Counted from the first letter of the stretch, positions 19,920 to 27,956 are shown. The stretch: DNA of 40,748 bases from a virus (IMGVR_UViG_3300020440_000031:1-40748), one strand, 5' to 3'. Translations and numbers: made by a program. The notes: generated from the sequence alone by a model not told the origin.

Positions 19920-20390
19920 AAACCCCCAGATAATAATGTCATAAACAATATGACACAGGCACTACTAGAGCAATGCTCAGAGCAACTTTTTAAATTTCCC
20001 AAGATAATATGACATCGTTTGATCGAGGATGCTCGATCCACCTTGAAGTTTGCCAACGTGAGTTGTAGCCAACAGAACTGGTGCGTCAAAGGATATAGCT
20101 AACTTAAGGCTAGAATGATATGGGCTCTGTGAAACAGATACAACCCATGCGTTAGTATACTTTGCTTGAATGGGTATACATAACGTTCCGTTGTGAGACA
20201 AGGCTAGAGTAAGGGGTACAGCACAACCGCCCCTGTTACAATGTAAATCTCTTTATTCATGTGACTGGACCAACTCAGATGATGACAGTTAACTTGCCCG
20301 TAGTAGGGCAAGTATGACTAAACTATCTAGATGATAACGGAGTAATTGTTGCTGAACGATAGTGAAGCAAAAGATGTCTTTAGACATCTA
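19920..20390 (+). ncRNA. Candidate large structured non-coding RNA (family not recognised)
   Basis: Only long intergenic stretch in the window; more than 10 stems read by eye (see findings), including a GUGA GNRA loop and G-U pairs that favour the plus strand. Confidence 0.6.
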
Positions 20391-20402
20391 ATAAGTATGT
20401 TT

Positions 20403-21002
20403 ATGGGTCTGATTAAGTTTAAACATTATACAAAAAATATAGCAATAGTACGCAATCATAAATGCAGTACCACGACTATGTTGAGTTATGTAGCACAAGC
20501 ACTGTGGAATGCAGATCCAAAAGAAGAACAGTACTATCAAAACTTTCAAAACGAACGTCCAGGAGTTTATAATAAGGCTAGGCAATTTGACGAATATAAG
20601 GAGGATCTGCTTGATGCTGATCTACGAATCGCACTGTGGCGTGATCCTATTGAAAAGTTTGTAAGTGGGTTTCATCATACAATGAGCAATCCTGCAAATA
20701 AAAATTTGTGGATCAAAACTCCAAGTTTGTTAAACTTTGTTAAAGATATTGATGTGTATAGACAGAATCCAAATGTAGCAGATCATTGCGAAACAAACAC
20801 CGCACGATTAGGCAAAGACAAAAGCATTTACACACACATATACAATTATAAACAGGTGCACAAGATAGCAGAACTGCTCGGAGTACCAGCATTGGATACG
20901 CATCATCGCAAAGACAACACCATGCGTGCCGGACCGACTGATCTACAGAAACTGCGTATTAAACAGGTGATGTTAGAAGATTATGTAAATGGTTGGTGCT
21001 AG
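20403..21002 (+). CDS. Sulfotransferase family protein (Sulfotransfer_2-like)
   Basis: 5'-PSB-like RNHKCSTTTM and 3'-PB-like WRDPIEKFVSGF motifs; C-terminal YxED-like MLEDY. Start revised from TTG 20346 to ATG 20403 (or 20397), after ATAAGTA at 20391-20397. Confidence 0.7.
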   Translation: MGLIKFKHYTKNIAIVRNHKCSTTTMLSYVAQALWNADPKEEQYYQNFQNERPGVYNKARQFDEYKEDLLDADLRIALWRDPIEKFVSGFHHTMSNPANKNLWIKTPSLLNFVKDIDVYRQNPNVADHCETNTARLGKDKSIYTHIYNYKQVHKIAELLGVPALDTHHRKDNTMRAGPTDLQKLRIKQVMLEDYVNGWC

Positions 21003-21316
21003 TCTGGATAGTCTCTATAGAGAAAGTGTTGTATGGTTTCTCCATCAACCCACTTATTGAAGCCTACATGTTCTGTTTCAATATCATCCGCATTGGATAC
21101 CACATGCGACATAGCATCATCTAGTGCCTGCATGGTTTCAAATTCCATATCAATTCTAAACTCTGGCAAGTCCATTGAACGGAATCCTAGCTTCATTCTT
21201 GTGATTCTGTAGGCATGCATAGTGGGTAATTTATCTAGGAAAAGCTTCATGTTAGCAACAAAAGTTCGTGCATCTATACCTTCTTTTACATCGGCATAAA
21301 CTGTGTAAACGTTCAT
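20999..21316 (-). CDS. DUF6614-like small alpha/beta protein
   Basis: MNVYTVYADVKEG...YRITRMKLGFRSMDLPEFRIDMEFETMQALDDA...FLYRDYPD; family call from memory of the pattern. Confidence 0.55.
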   Translation of the reverse strand: MNVYTVYADVKEGIDARTFVANMKLFLDKLPTMHAYRITRMKLGFRSMDLPEFRIDMEFETMQALDDAMSHVVSNADDIETEHVGFNKWVDGETIQHFLYRDYPD

Positions 21317-21747
21317 TATAATCTTCCTCCTAGTATTTCAAAGCCGTCAATTTTTGTTTTATAATCATCTGCTTGACCGAGATACAAATAGTCAAAACCA
21401 CGTTTTTTATATATTGCACACTCGTTTTTTAGACTGCGTATGCCTAGTCGCAAAGCTGGATTCCCATAGTCCCAAGCAAACTGTAAGGCTTCTACATTTT
21501 TCTTATTATAGCATCTAAGTAAACTAAATGCAACCAGTTTTTCTTCCTTGTTGTAGTAACCGTATACTTCGTTTTTTTCATCATAGTATTCTTCGGGAAA
21601 GATAGGCATTACACTTTTGAATTGTTTGTACTTGCAGTAAGCATCATAGATTGGTTCCAGTTGATGCGGAAACGGACAGGTAATTTTTTTACAGTTTGGC
21701 ATGAGATCATAGTTTGTCTGACTAAGATCAATTCTTGCGTATATCAT
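21316..21747 (-). CDS. Aminoacyl-tRNA-protein transferase C-terminal-like (ATE_C/Bpt, GNAT fold) protein
   Basis: YYNKEEKLVAFS...FAWDYGNPALRLGIRSLKNEC..YKKRGFDYLYLG...YKTK matches the ATE_C pattern (LG.ys.l.ei...g..Y.YLG...YK). Start revised to ATG 21747, overlapping the upstream TGA. Confidence 0.6.
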   Translation of the reverse strand: MIYARIDLSQTNYDLMPNCKKITCPFPHQLEPIYDAYCKYKQFKSVMPIFPEEYYDEKNEVYGYYNKEEKLVAFSLLRCYNKKNVEALQFAWDYGNPALRLGIRSLKNECAIYKKRGFDYLYLGQADDYKTKIDGFEILGGRL

Positions 21748-22253
21748 TTTCTTGGATCTTTTCTGTGTGCAAATACTTCTTGCAGGTATTCCTCGTTCCA
21801 TCCATCATAGTAGCCTCTGTGTGCTAACATACGTGCATGGTCGTTTAGTTTGGTTTTGTCTTGTATTAATACTAGTGCATATTTACCCATATTGAAACAA
21901 ACACCGTTGTGTGTTTCAACAGTGTCAGGATGATCTGCTAGTGCTAGTAGATTGCGTTTTCGAAAACCTTTGCTTGTGTTCATTGTGTCGACTGCCCAGT
22001 TGAAGTAGGCATCGTCATACTGATCAGGTGCATAGGCAAATATCACAACATCATTTTTACCCAAGTACTGTTTCTTAGCAAACAAAAATAGATCACGTTC
22101 AACATCTGCGCCTAGTCTTACGTCATATTTGTTTCTCAGTCTTGACTGTCTAGCAAACGGACAGGGTGGCCAATTGCCTAGTGCTGGATGAGGCACTTCT
22201 ACAAAGTTTACCAGCCAATCTTCTATATCGGCTTTTACTTGATCGATTACCAA
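21744..22253 (-). CDS. Hypothetical protein, DUF1415-like (CPFA motif)
   Basis: WLVNFVE...PPCPFAR...LADHPD...ALVLIQ; TTG start overlaps the upstream stop. Confidence 0.55.
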   Translation of the reverse strand: MVIDQVKADIEDWLVNFVEVPHPALGNWPPCPFARQSRLRNKYDVRLGADVERDLFLFAKKQYLGKNDVVIFAYAPDQYDDAYFNWAVDTMNTSKGFRKRNLLALADHPDTVETHNGVCFNMGKYALVLIQDKTKLNDHARMLAHRGYYDGWNEEYLQEVFAHRKDPRK

Positions 22254-22483
22254 AAGGGTTGTCCAGTCTTTTTTGCAGTTTCTAGGTTTTCCTTAATAAG
22301 ACTGCCTATGTATTCACGTTCTGGTTGACTCATATGTACTATTTCACTGTAGGTCACACCACCTCGCATGTACCATACCATTTTAAGCATGTCTTCTTTA
22401 AGGCCCTTAACTTCTTTGTCCATATCCTGAATAATCTTTTCAATACGTTCAGGAGAGGATGTTAAGAGCCTGATGCGAAAAAA
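22247..22483 (-). CDS. gp51-like tail/baseplate assembly chaperone ORF in the -1 frame of gp26 (internal ATG at 22423)
   Basis: Missed by the ORF track. Reads FFRIRLLTSSPERIEKIIQDMDKEVKGLKEDMLKMVWYMRGGVTYSEIVHMSQPEREYIGSLIKENLETAKKTGQPFW*; fills the gap exactly. Confidence 0.75.
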   Translation of the reverse strand, partial: FFRIRLLTSSPERIEKIIQDMDKEVKGLKEDMLKMVWYMRGGVTYSEIVHMSQPEREYIGSLIKENLETAKKTGQPFW

Positions 22484-23307
22484 TTAGCAACATTCAGTGT
22501 AAACGGAGTTTCGTATTGATTTTGACACTTGTCGCAGGTGATGTTCAATGGTTTTATTTCACTGGCTTCTTTGATGTGTTCAATCTTTTTTCGTATTTTA
22601 TCAAAGTGTTTGTTGTCGCAGTTTTGCAAGTATTCTTTGATGTGCGTTTTATCAACTACTATATCATCACCAGCTTGTATCATTGCTATGCTATCGGCTA
22701 TGGCATTGAGTGTGAGCAAACTTATATTGTTAAATGCTTGTTGTATTTTTTCTAGTTTCTCTTCTTCAGGCAAATCACTAGTTGGTAACGCTTCTAGCAT
22801 CTTTTGATCTTGGAATTGAACAAGACTGTTGTCATTTTGTTCTTTGTAGGTCAACGGTTTGAAATGAATACTAACATCACCATTTACAACAGGCGTAGAA
22901 TAATCTGGAACACTGATGCTTTCTAGGATTGTTCTAAGATCAATTCCAAAGTCACTTATTTCTTCGCACTTTGGACAGGTGCTTGTAAACTCCATTTCAT
23001 GACCATAACTGGCCATACGTATTGATATCAACAGTGTGTCTAGATCGGCAGTGCTTATCTGCCATGGGTCTTTGAATGCTGGCACACAACTTTTCACAAC
23101 ATTTGCAACTGCGGCTCCGTTGAATAATGCGTCAGCAGTACGATATGATATCTCATCCAATGCAGTCATTGGATACACAGGTAGCTCTCCGTTTTCTGGC
23201 ATGTCCACTATTGATTCATCATAGTATGCACCTTCACTTGGCAATTTTATATAGATTGCTGGTTGCCTAAAATGTTTTGCAAGTGGATTTTGTTGTTTTA
23301 CTTCCAT
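22462..23307 (-). CDS. gp26: Baseplate hub assembly protein, T4 gp26-like
   Basis: NPLAKHFRQPAIYIKLPSEG...PMTALDE...DLDTLLISIRMASYG...CPKC...CDKC...NFF; adjacent to the tape measure gene. Confidence 0.8.
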   Translation of the reverse strand: MEVKQQNPLAKHFRQPAIYIKLPSEGAYYDESIVDMPENGELPVYPMTALDEISYRTADALFNGAAVANVVKSCVPAFKDPWQISTADLDTLLISIRMASYGHEMEFTSTCPKCEEISDFGIDLRTILESISVPDYSTPVVNGDVSIHFKPLTYKEQNDNSLVQFQDQKMLEALPTSDLPEEEKLEKIQQAFNNISLLTLNAIADSIAMIQAGDDIVVDKTHIKEYLQNCDNKHFDKIRKKIEHIKEASEIKPLNITCDKCQNQYETPFTLNVANFFASGS

Positions 23308-23319
23308 GTTTTTTCCTAC

Positions 23320-23346
23320 ATAAATACTGTTAACAATGTACTTATA
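23320..23346. promoter_or_regulatory. Face-to-face late promoters for tape measure (+) and gp26 (-)
   Basis: ATAAATA at 23320-23326 on plus; TATAAGTA at 23339-23346 on minus; TGTTAACA dyad between them. Confidence 0.65.
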
Positions 23347-23371
23347 CGGCGAAAAAACGGGCTTTTAATAA

Positions 23372-25681
23372 ATGGCAGACGACGCAACCATCGAAGAACT
23401 TACCAGAGCGGTCCAAAATCTTACCAACATTCTTGCACAAGGTAAGAACATAGATCCAAAAGAAGTTTCCAAAGTCGAAATGGCTTTGGCCAAAGCCCGT
23501 ACATCGATTAGCTCAAATCAAGACGCAACAAAAAAGAATACCGACGCAGTTGACAAAGGCACCAGCAGTGTAGGAAGATTTGCAGGTGGTGTTAGTAACC
23601 TTACAAAGAGAACTGTAAACCTAGCAAAAGATTTAAACGATGCCGCAGGTGCAGTTAGAGAAAACAGAGAAGATTTTACCAGTTTAAATCCAGCAATCAA
23701 ACTGACAGGCGACACAATAGCCAAAACAGGACAACTTACAGGTGGTGTAGTTGATGCACTCGGTGATGCACTCAGTGGTATTCCTGTTGTTGGTGGACTA
23801 GTTGGTGGACTTGTAAGTGGTGTTGGTAAAATAACTGCCGCTCTAGCAGAAGCAGCTGGAAATATAATCAACACTGTCGGGCCTATGCTCACTGCAGAAC
23901 TTGAACGTGCAAGTAAAGCATATAGACAAGCAGGACAGGTTGGAGCATTAGGAGCAGACGGGTTAAGAGGATTAGCAAACCAAGCCATAGATGCTGGACT
24001 GAGTTTTACTACTTTTGCAGGAGTAATTAACAAGACTGCACCTGACTTGGTGTTTGCACTAGGTAACAGTGCAGATGCAGCCAAAACACTAGCAAGTACC
24101 AGTAAAGAAATGGCACCGTTTAGACGAAACTTACTTGCTCTTGGTATTACAGTAGAACAACAAAATGAACTTACTGCTGGTTATATTGGATTACAACAGA
24201 GATTAGGCAGGAATGAAGCCAGAGACAGTAGAGCACTAGCACAAGGAGCACAAAATTACATCAAGAACCTAACTGAACTTTCGAAGTTAACAGGTAAAAG
24301 TGTACAAGAACAACAAAAAGAACTTGATGATCAAATGCGTAATGTTCGAGCATCAGCAGCCATACGTGAGGTACAACGCAAACTTGGCGGGCAAATGGGT
24401 AAAGATGCCGCCGATCAAATTCAAGGTGTAACAAGTGTATTGAAACAACGTGCTCCAGCTATTGCTGCTGGTTTTGCTGATGCACTAGGTGGCAATCTAG
24501 GAACTGATGCGGCTCGTAACTTTCAACAAGCAACTGGACAAGCTGGACTTGCAATTATTGAACAGTTAAAGGCAGGGCAAATTGACAGAGACACTGCACT
24601 TGCTAAAATTCAAGAAGCAAGTGCCCAAAGATATCAAGCACTAGGCGGAGACAAATTTGCAATGGCCGTTGGTGGCATGAACACTGCACTTGAACCAGTG
24701 ATACTTGATTTACAAAACCTAACCTTTGGTGCTAAGTTTGGCGAACAAGTTGGGAAAGTTGAACAACAGGTTAATAAAACTGCAAAAACAACTGATGGTG
24801 TTACTAACTCGATGATCAATGCTCAAGAAGCAATGATTAAATCTGCACAAGCACTAGACAAGTTAGCATTACAAACAACTCTACCTCTAGCGGCCAAAGG
24901 TATTGAAACCTTTACCAGTGCAATGGTAAAGTCCACTACAGAACTTACAAAGTATATAGGAAAAAGCAAAGAAGAAATTGCGGCCATGCTTAAAGAACAA
25001 GCTGGCCTTAGCACCGAAGGAGTTGAAAAAGGTGATATAGCTTTAACAAGCGGAATATCAGCTTTAGGTGGAGCAGGTATTGGTGCTGCAATAGGTACTG
25101 CAATTCTACCAGGAATTGGAACTGCAATTGGTGCAGGCATAGGTGGTCTAACCGGATTGGTCTCGGGTATGTTTGCTAGTAAAGAAATGGGTGTAGGCAA
25201 AGATATGATCGACTTTGGCGAAACCTTTGGAAAAGACAGCTGGCTTGGAAGTTTATTCAGTGAAAAGAAAGCATTAGGTGGTCCAATCAAAGCTGGAGGC
25301 ACATACACAGTTGGAGAAAAAGGTCCAGAATTATTGGTCAGTGGTACTGATGGTATGGTTATACCAAACAATCAATTACCAGATATATCTAGTATTTTAG
25401 GTGGTTTAGATATAGGAGCTATAGGCAGTAATCTCACCAGTGGAATTCAAAACATAGCAGGACCTGCAGGTGGAATGAATCTTGGTTTAGACAACACTGC
25501 TCTACAACAAACACTACTTCCTGCAGAAACCACTGATACAACTGCACCTGCTATGACTGGTCAGAACCAAAATCAAAATGTGTTAGGTGAAGCACAGATT
25601 GCAAGACTTGACATGCTGATTGCAGAAACATCCAGAGCAAATCAAATCAATACAAAAATACTGCAAGCCGCACGGTCATAA
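23372..25681 (+). CDS. Tail tape measure protein
   Basis: Ala/Gly/Gln-rich helical protein; LSKLTGKS motif; glycine-zipper hydrophobic segments; C-terminal ALGGPI...YTVGEKGPELLV motif. Confidence 0.8.
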   Translation: MADDATIEELTRAVQNLTNILAQGKNIDPKEVSKVEMALAKARTSISSNQDATKKNTDAVDKGTSSVGRFAGGVSNLTKRTVNLAKDLNDAAGAVRENREDFTSLNPAIKLTGDTIAKTGQLTGGVVDALGDALSGIPVVGGLVGGLVSGVGKITAALAEAAGNIINTVGPMLTAELERASKAYRQAGQVGALGADGLRGLANQAIDAGLSFTTFAGVINKTAPDLVFALGNSADAAKTLASTSKEMAPFRRNLLALGITVEQQNELTAGYIGLQQRLGRNEARDSRALAQGAQNYIKNLTELSKLTGKSVQEQQKELDDQMRNVRASAAIREVQRKLGGQMGKDAADQIQGVTSVLKQRAPAIAAGFADALGGNLGTDAARNFQQATGQAGLAIIEQLKAGQIDRDTALAKIQEASAQRYQALGGDKFAMAVGGMNTALEPVILDLQNLTFGAKFGEQVGKVEQQVNKTAKTTDGVTNSMINAQEAMIKSAQALDKLALQTTLPLAAKGIETFTSAMVKSTTELTKYIGKSKEEIAAMLKEQAGLSTEGVEKGDIALTSGISALGGAGIGAAIGTAILPGIGTAIGAGIGGLTGLVSGMFASKEMGVGKDMIDFGETFGKDSWLGSLFSEKKALGGPIKAGGTYTVGEKGPELLVSGTDGMVIPNNQLPDISSILGGLDIGAIGSNLTSGIQNIAGPAGGMNLGLDNTALQQTLLPAETTDTTAPAMTGQNQNQNVLGEAQIARLDMLIAETSRANQINTKILQAARS

Positions 25682-25683
25682 GG

Positions 25684-25731
25684 TTGACAAAGTCTTGTTT
25701 TGTGTTATGCTAAACATTAGGGTCATAAATA
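25684..25731 (+). promoter_or_regulatory. Tandem sigma70-like promoter and late promoter upstream of portal
   Basis: TTGACA 25684-25689, 16 nt, TG-n-TATGCT (25703-25711); ATAAATA 25725-25731. Confidence 0.6.
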
Positions 25732-25761
25732 CTCTATAACAAAGAGTACATTGGAATTCGC

Positions 25762-27510
25762 ATGTCTTGGAAAAAATACTTTAAATCTGTTGGTAATGCA
25801 GGCGGTCAACTTAGTCCTATAAGTGGCAACAACTACCGAGGTCCAAACTATGGATCAGGTTCAAGTGGCGAATTTGGTTTCAAAAACTATCAAAGCCATT
25901 TGCCTGAAGTATACACAGGTCATCCAAATAGAATAGAACGCTATAATCAGTATGAAAACATGGATACTGACAGTGAAATTAATGCATGTTTAGATATACT
26001 TGCAGAATTTTCAACACAGGAAAACGAAAGCAACAACACACCATTTGAAGTGCAGTACTCAGATACTCCTACAAACAATGAAATTGAAATAATTCGTACT
26101 CAACTAAAACAGTGGACAAAACTCAATAGGTTGGACCAACGTATTTTTAAAATGTTTCGCAATGTCTTGAAGTACGGAGATCAGGTGTTTGTGCGTGACC
26201 CAGAAACATTTGAAATGTACTGGGTTGACATGGCCAAGGTTGTGCGTGTAATTGTAAATGAAAACGAAGGCAAACGTCCTGAACAGTATGTGATACGTGA
26301 TATTAATCCAAATTTTGAAAACCTCAGTGTTACTAGTAAGAACACTGTGGACTATGGTGCCGGAAATACTGGACAGATAAACGGCACAGGTGGTAACGGT
26401 GCAATGGGCGGCGGAGCAAACTATAACATTCCGAATACACCTAGCACTGGCAGTAGATTTGAACACACCATAAACGAAACCGTGATTGATGCAAAGAATG
26501 TGGTGCATCTCGGACTCAGCGAAGGCTTGGATTTTTACTGGCCATTCTCTCAGAGTGTACTTGAAATGATATTTAAAGTATACAAGCAAAAAGAACTGCT
26601 TGAAGATGCTATACTGATTTACAGAGTACAACGTGCCCCTGAACGTAGAGTTTTTTACATCGACGTAGGTAACATGCCATCGCATCTTGCAATGCAATTT
26701 GTTGAGCGTGTGAAAAACGAAGTGCATCAAAGACGTATTCCGTCTGCACAAGGCGGACAAGGTGCTACAACAATGGATACCATGTACAATCCACTGTCAA
26801 TCAATGAAGACTACTTCTTCCCGCAAACTGCAGAAGGTAGAGGATCAAAAGTAGAAACCTTACCTGGTGGCGAAAACCTTGGTCAAATTGATGATCTCAA
26901 ATATTTCAACAACAAGATGTGTAGAGGACTGCGTGTACCAAGTTCATACTTGCCCACTGGTCCAGATGACTCAGATCGCCCGATGAATGATGGACGTGTT
27001 GGTACTGCACTTATACAAGAGTATCGATTCAATCAGTACTGCGAGAGACTGCAAAGACAAGTTGTACTTAAACTAGACGACGAATTTAAAATGTTCATGC
27101 GTTGGAGAGGTTTCAATATAGACAGTGGACTGTTTAATATAAAGTTCAATCCACCCCAAAACTTTGCAAGTTATAGACAAGCAGAACTAGATACAACAAG
27201 AATACAAGCATTTAGTGCGTTAGAGCAATTGCCTTATATGAGCAAACGTTTTCTCATGAAACGTTATCTTGGTTTGTCCGACGATGAACTACAAGAAAAC
27301 ACTGAACAATGGCAAGAAGAAACTGGACAACCAATTGAAACAGAACCTACTGGAAATGATCTACGTACCGTTGGTGTTAGCCCTGGTGACATAGAAGGCG
27401 ATGTTGCAATGGGAGATGCAGTAGCTGGAGAAGAGGCCGCCGCAGAAGCACCTGGTGGCGAAGAAGTTGATGTGAGTGTAGAAGCTCCAGCAGAAACACC
27501 ACCAGCATAA
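25762..27510 (+). CDS. gp20: Portal vertex protein gp20
   Basis: LLEDAILIYRVQRAPERRVFYIDVGNMP; EDYFFPQTAEGRGSKVETLPGGENLGQIDDLKYF; LRVPSSYL. Confidence 0.95.
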   Translation: MSWKKYFKSVGNAGGQLSPISGNNYRGPNYGSGSSGEFGFKNYQSHLPEVYTGHPNRIERYNQYENMDTDSEINACLDILAEFSTQENESNNTPFEVQYSDTPTNNEIEIIRTQLKQWTKLNRLDQRIFKMFRNVLKYGDQVFVRDPETFEMYWVDMAKVVRVIVNENEGKRPEQYVIRDINPNFENLSVTSKNTVDYGAGNTGQINGTGGNGAMGGGANYNIPNTPSTGSRFEHTINETVIDAKNVVHLGLSEGLDFYWPFSQSVLEMIFKVYKQKELLEDAILIYRVQRAPERRVFYIDVGNMPSHLAMQFVERVKNEVHQRRIPSAQGGQGATTMDTMYNPLSINEDYFFPQTAEGRGSKVETLPGGENLGQIDDLKYFNNKMCRGLRVPSSYLPTGPDDSDRPMNDGRVGTALIQEYRFNQYCERLQRQVVLKLDDEFKMFMRWRGFNIDSGLFNIKFNPPQNFASYRQAELDTTRIQAFSALEQLPYMSKRFLMKRYLGLSDDELQENTEQWQEETGQPIETEPTGNDLRTVGVSPGDIEGDVAMGDAVAGEEAAAEAPGGEEVDVSVEAPAETPPA

Positions 27511-27512
27511 AA

Positions 27513-27956
27513 ATGTTCTTGAATTTATCTATCGAATTTAGCGAAACCGATCCTGAAATCTTTGTAGATATTTTATATAACAACAATTTTGTTATAACAG
27601 ATACATTTAGCAAAGGGTTTAAAGAATATACAGTTGAATTTGAGGATACTGACGAACACACAGATCAATGTGTGACTTTTAGCATGCGTGGTAAAACAGA
27701 ACAACATACCGTCGTGAAAAACAATGAAATAGTAAGTGATGTGTATGCAATGATAAAAAATATTACCATTGATGAAATTGATGTTACAGATTTATACACA
27801 GAAGGCACACTTTGTTATCATCATTTAGGCAGTAATAATAAACAAAATGGACCAGTGATAATTGATGAATTCTATGGATTTGTTGGTTTTAACGGAGATG
27901 TAAAATTAGAATTTACAACTCCGCTTTGGAAATGGTTTAACAGTAAATGTTCTTAG
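27513..27956 (+). CDS. Hypothetical protein coupled to radical SAM gene
   Basis: 147-aa beta-rich ORF ending GFNGDVKLEFTTPLWKWF; overlaps the next start. Confidence 0.65.
   Translation: MFLNLSIEFSETDPEIFVDILYNNNFVITDTFSKGFKEYTVEFEDTDEHTDQCVTFSMRGKTEQHTVVKNNEIVSDVYAMIKNITIDEIDVTDLYTEGTLCYHHLGSNNKQNGPVIIDEFYGFVGFNGDVKLEFTTPLWKWFNSKCS

Noticed and set aside
19832-20201. Minus-strand ORFs 19832-20089 and 19977-20201, and the TTG extension of the sulfotransferase to 20346
   Set aside because: They are short, lack an SD, have atypical composition, and lie antisense to or overlapping the structured region. They are better explained as chance ORFs.
19510-20390. Group I intron with embedded GIY-YIG homing endonuclease
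   Set aside because: The flanking radical SAM and sulfotransferase genes are complete and unrelated, so no exon is interrupted. I could not identify P7 or J-region consensus by eye. A cmscan is still needed to exclude a derived intron.
19920-20390. tRNA, tmRNA or RNase P RNA
   Set aside because: No TTCGA T-loop with acceptor stem, no GGGGC...CCA termini and no GAGGAAAGTCC RNase P motif were seen.
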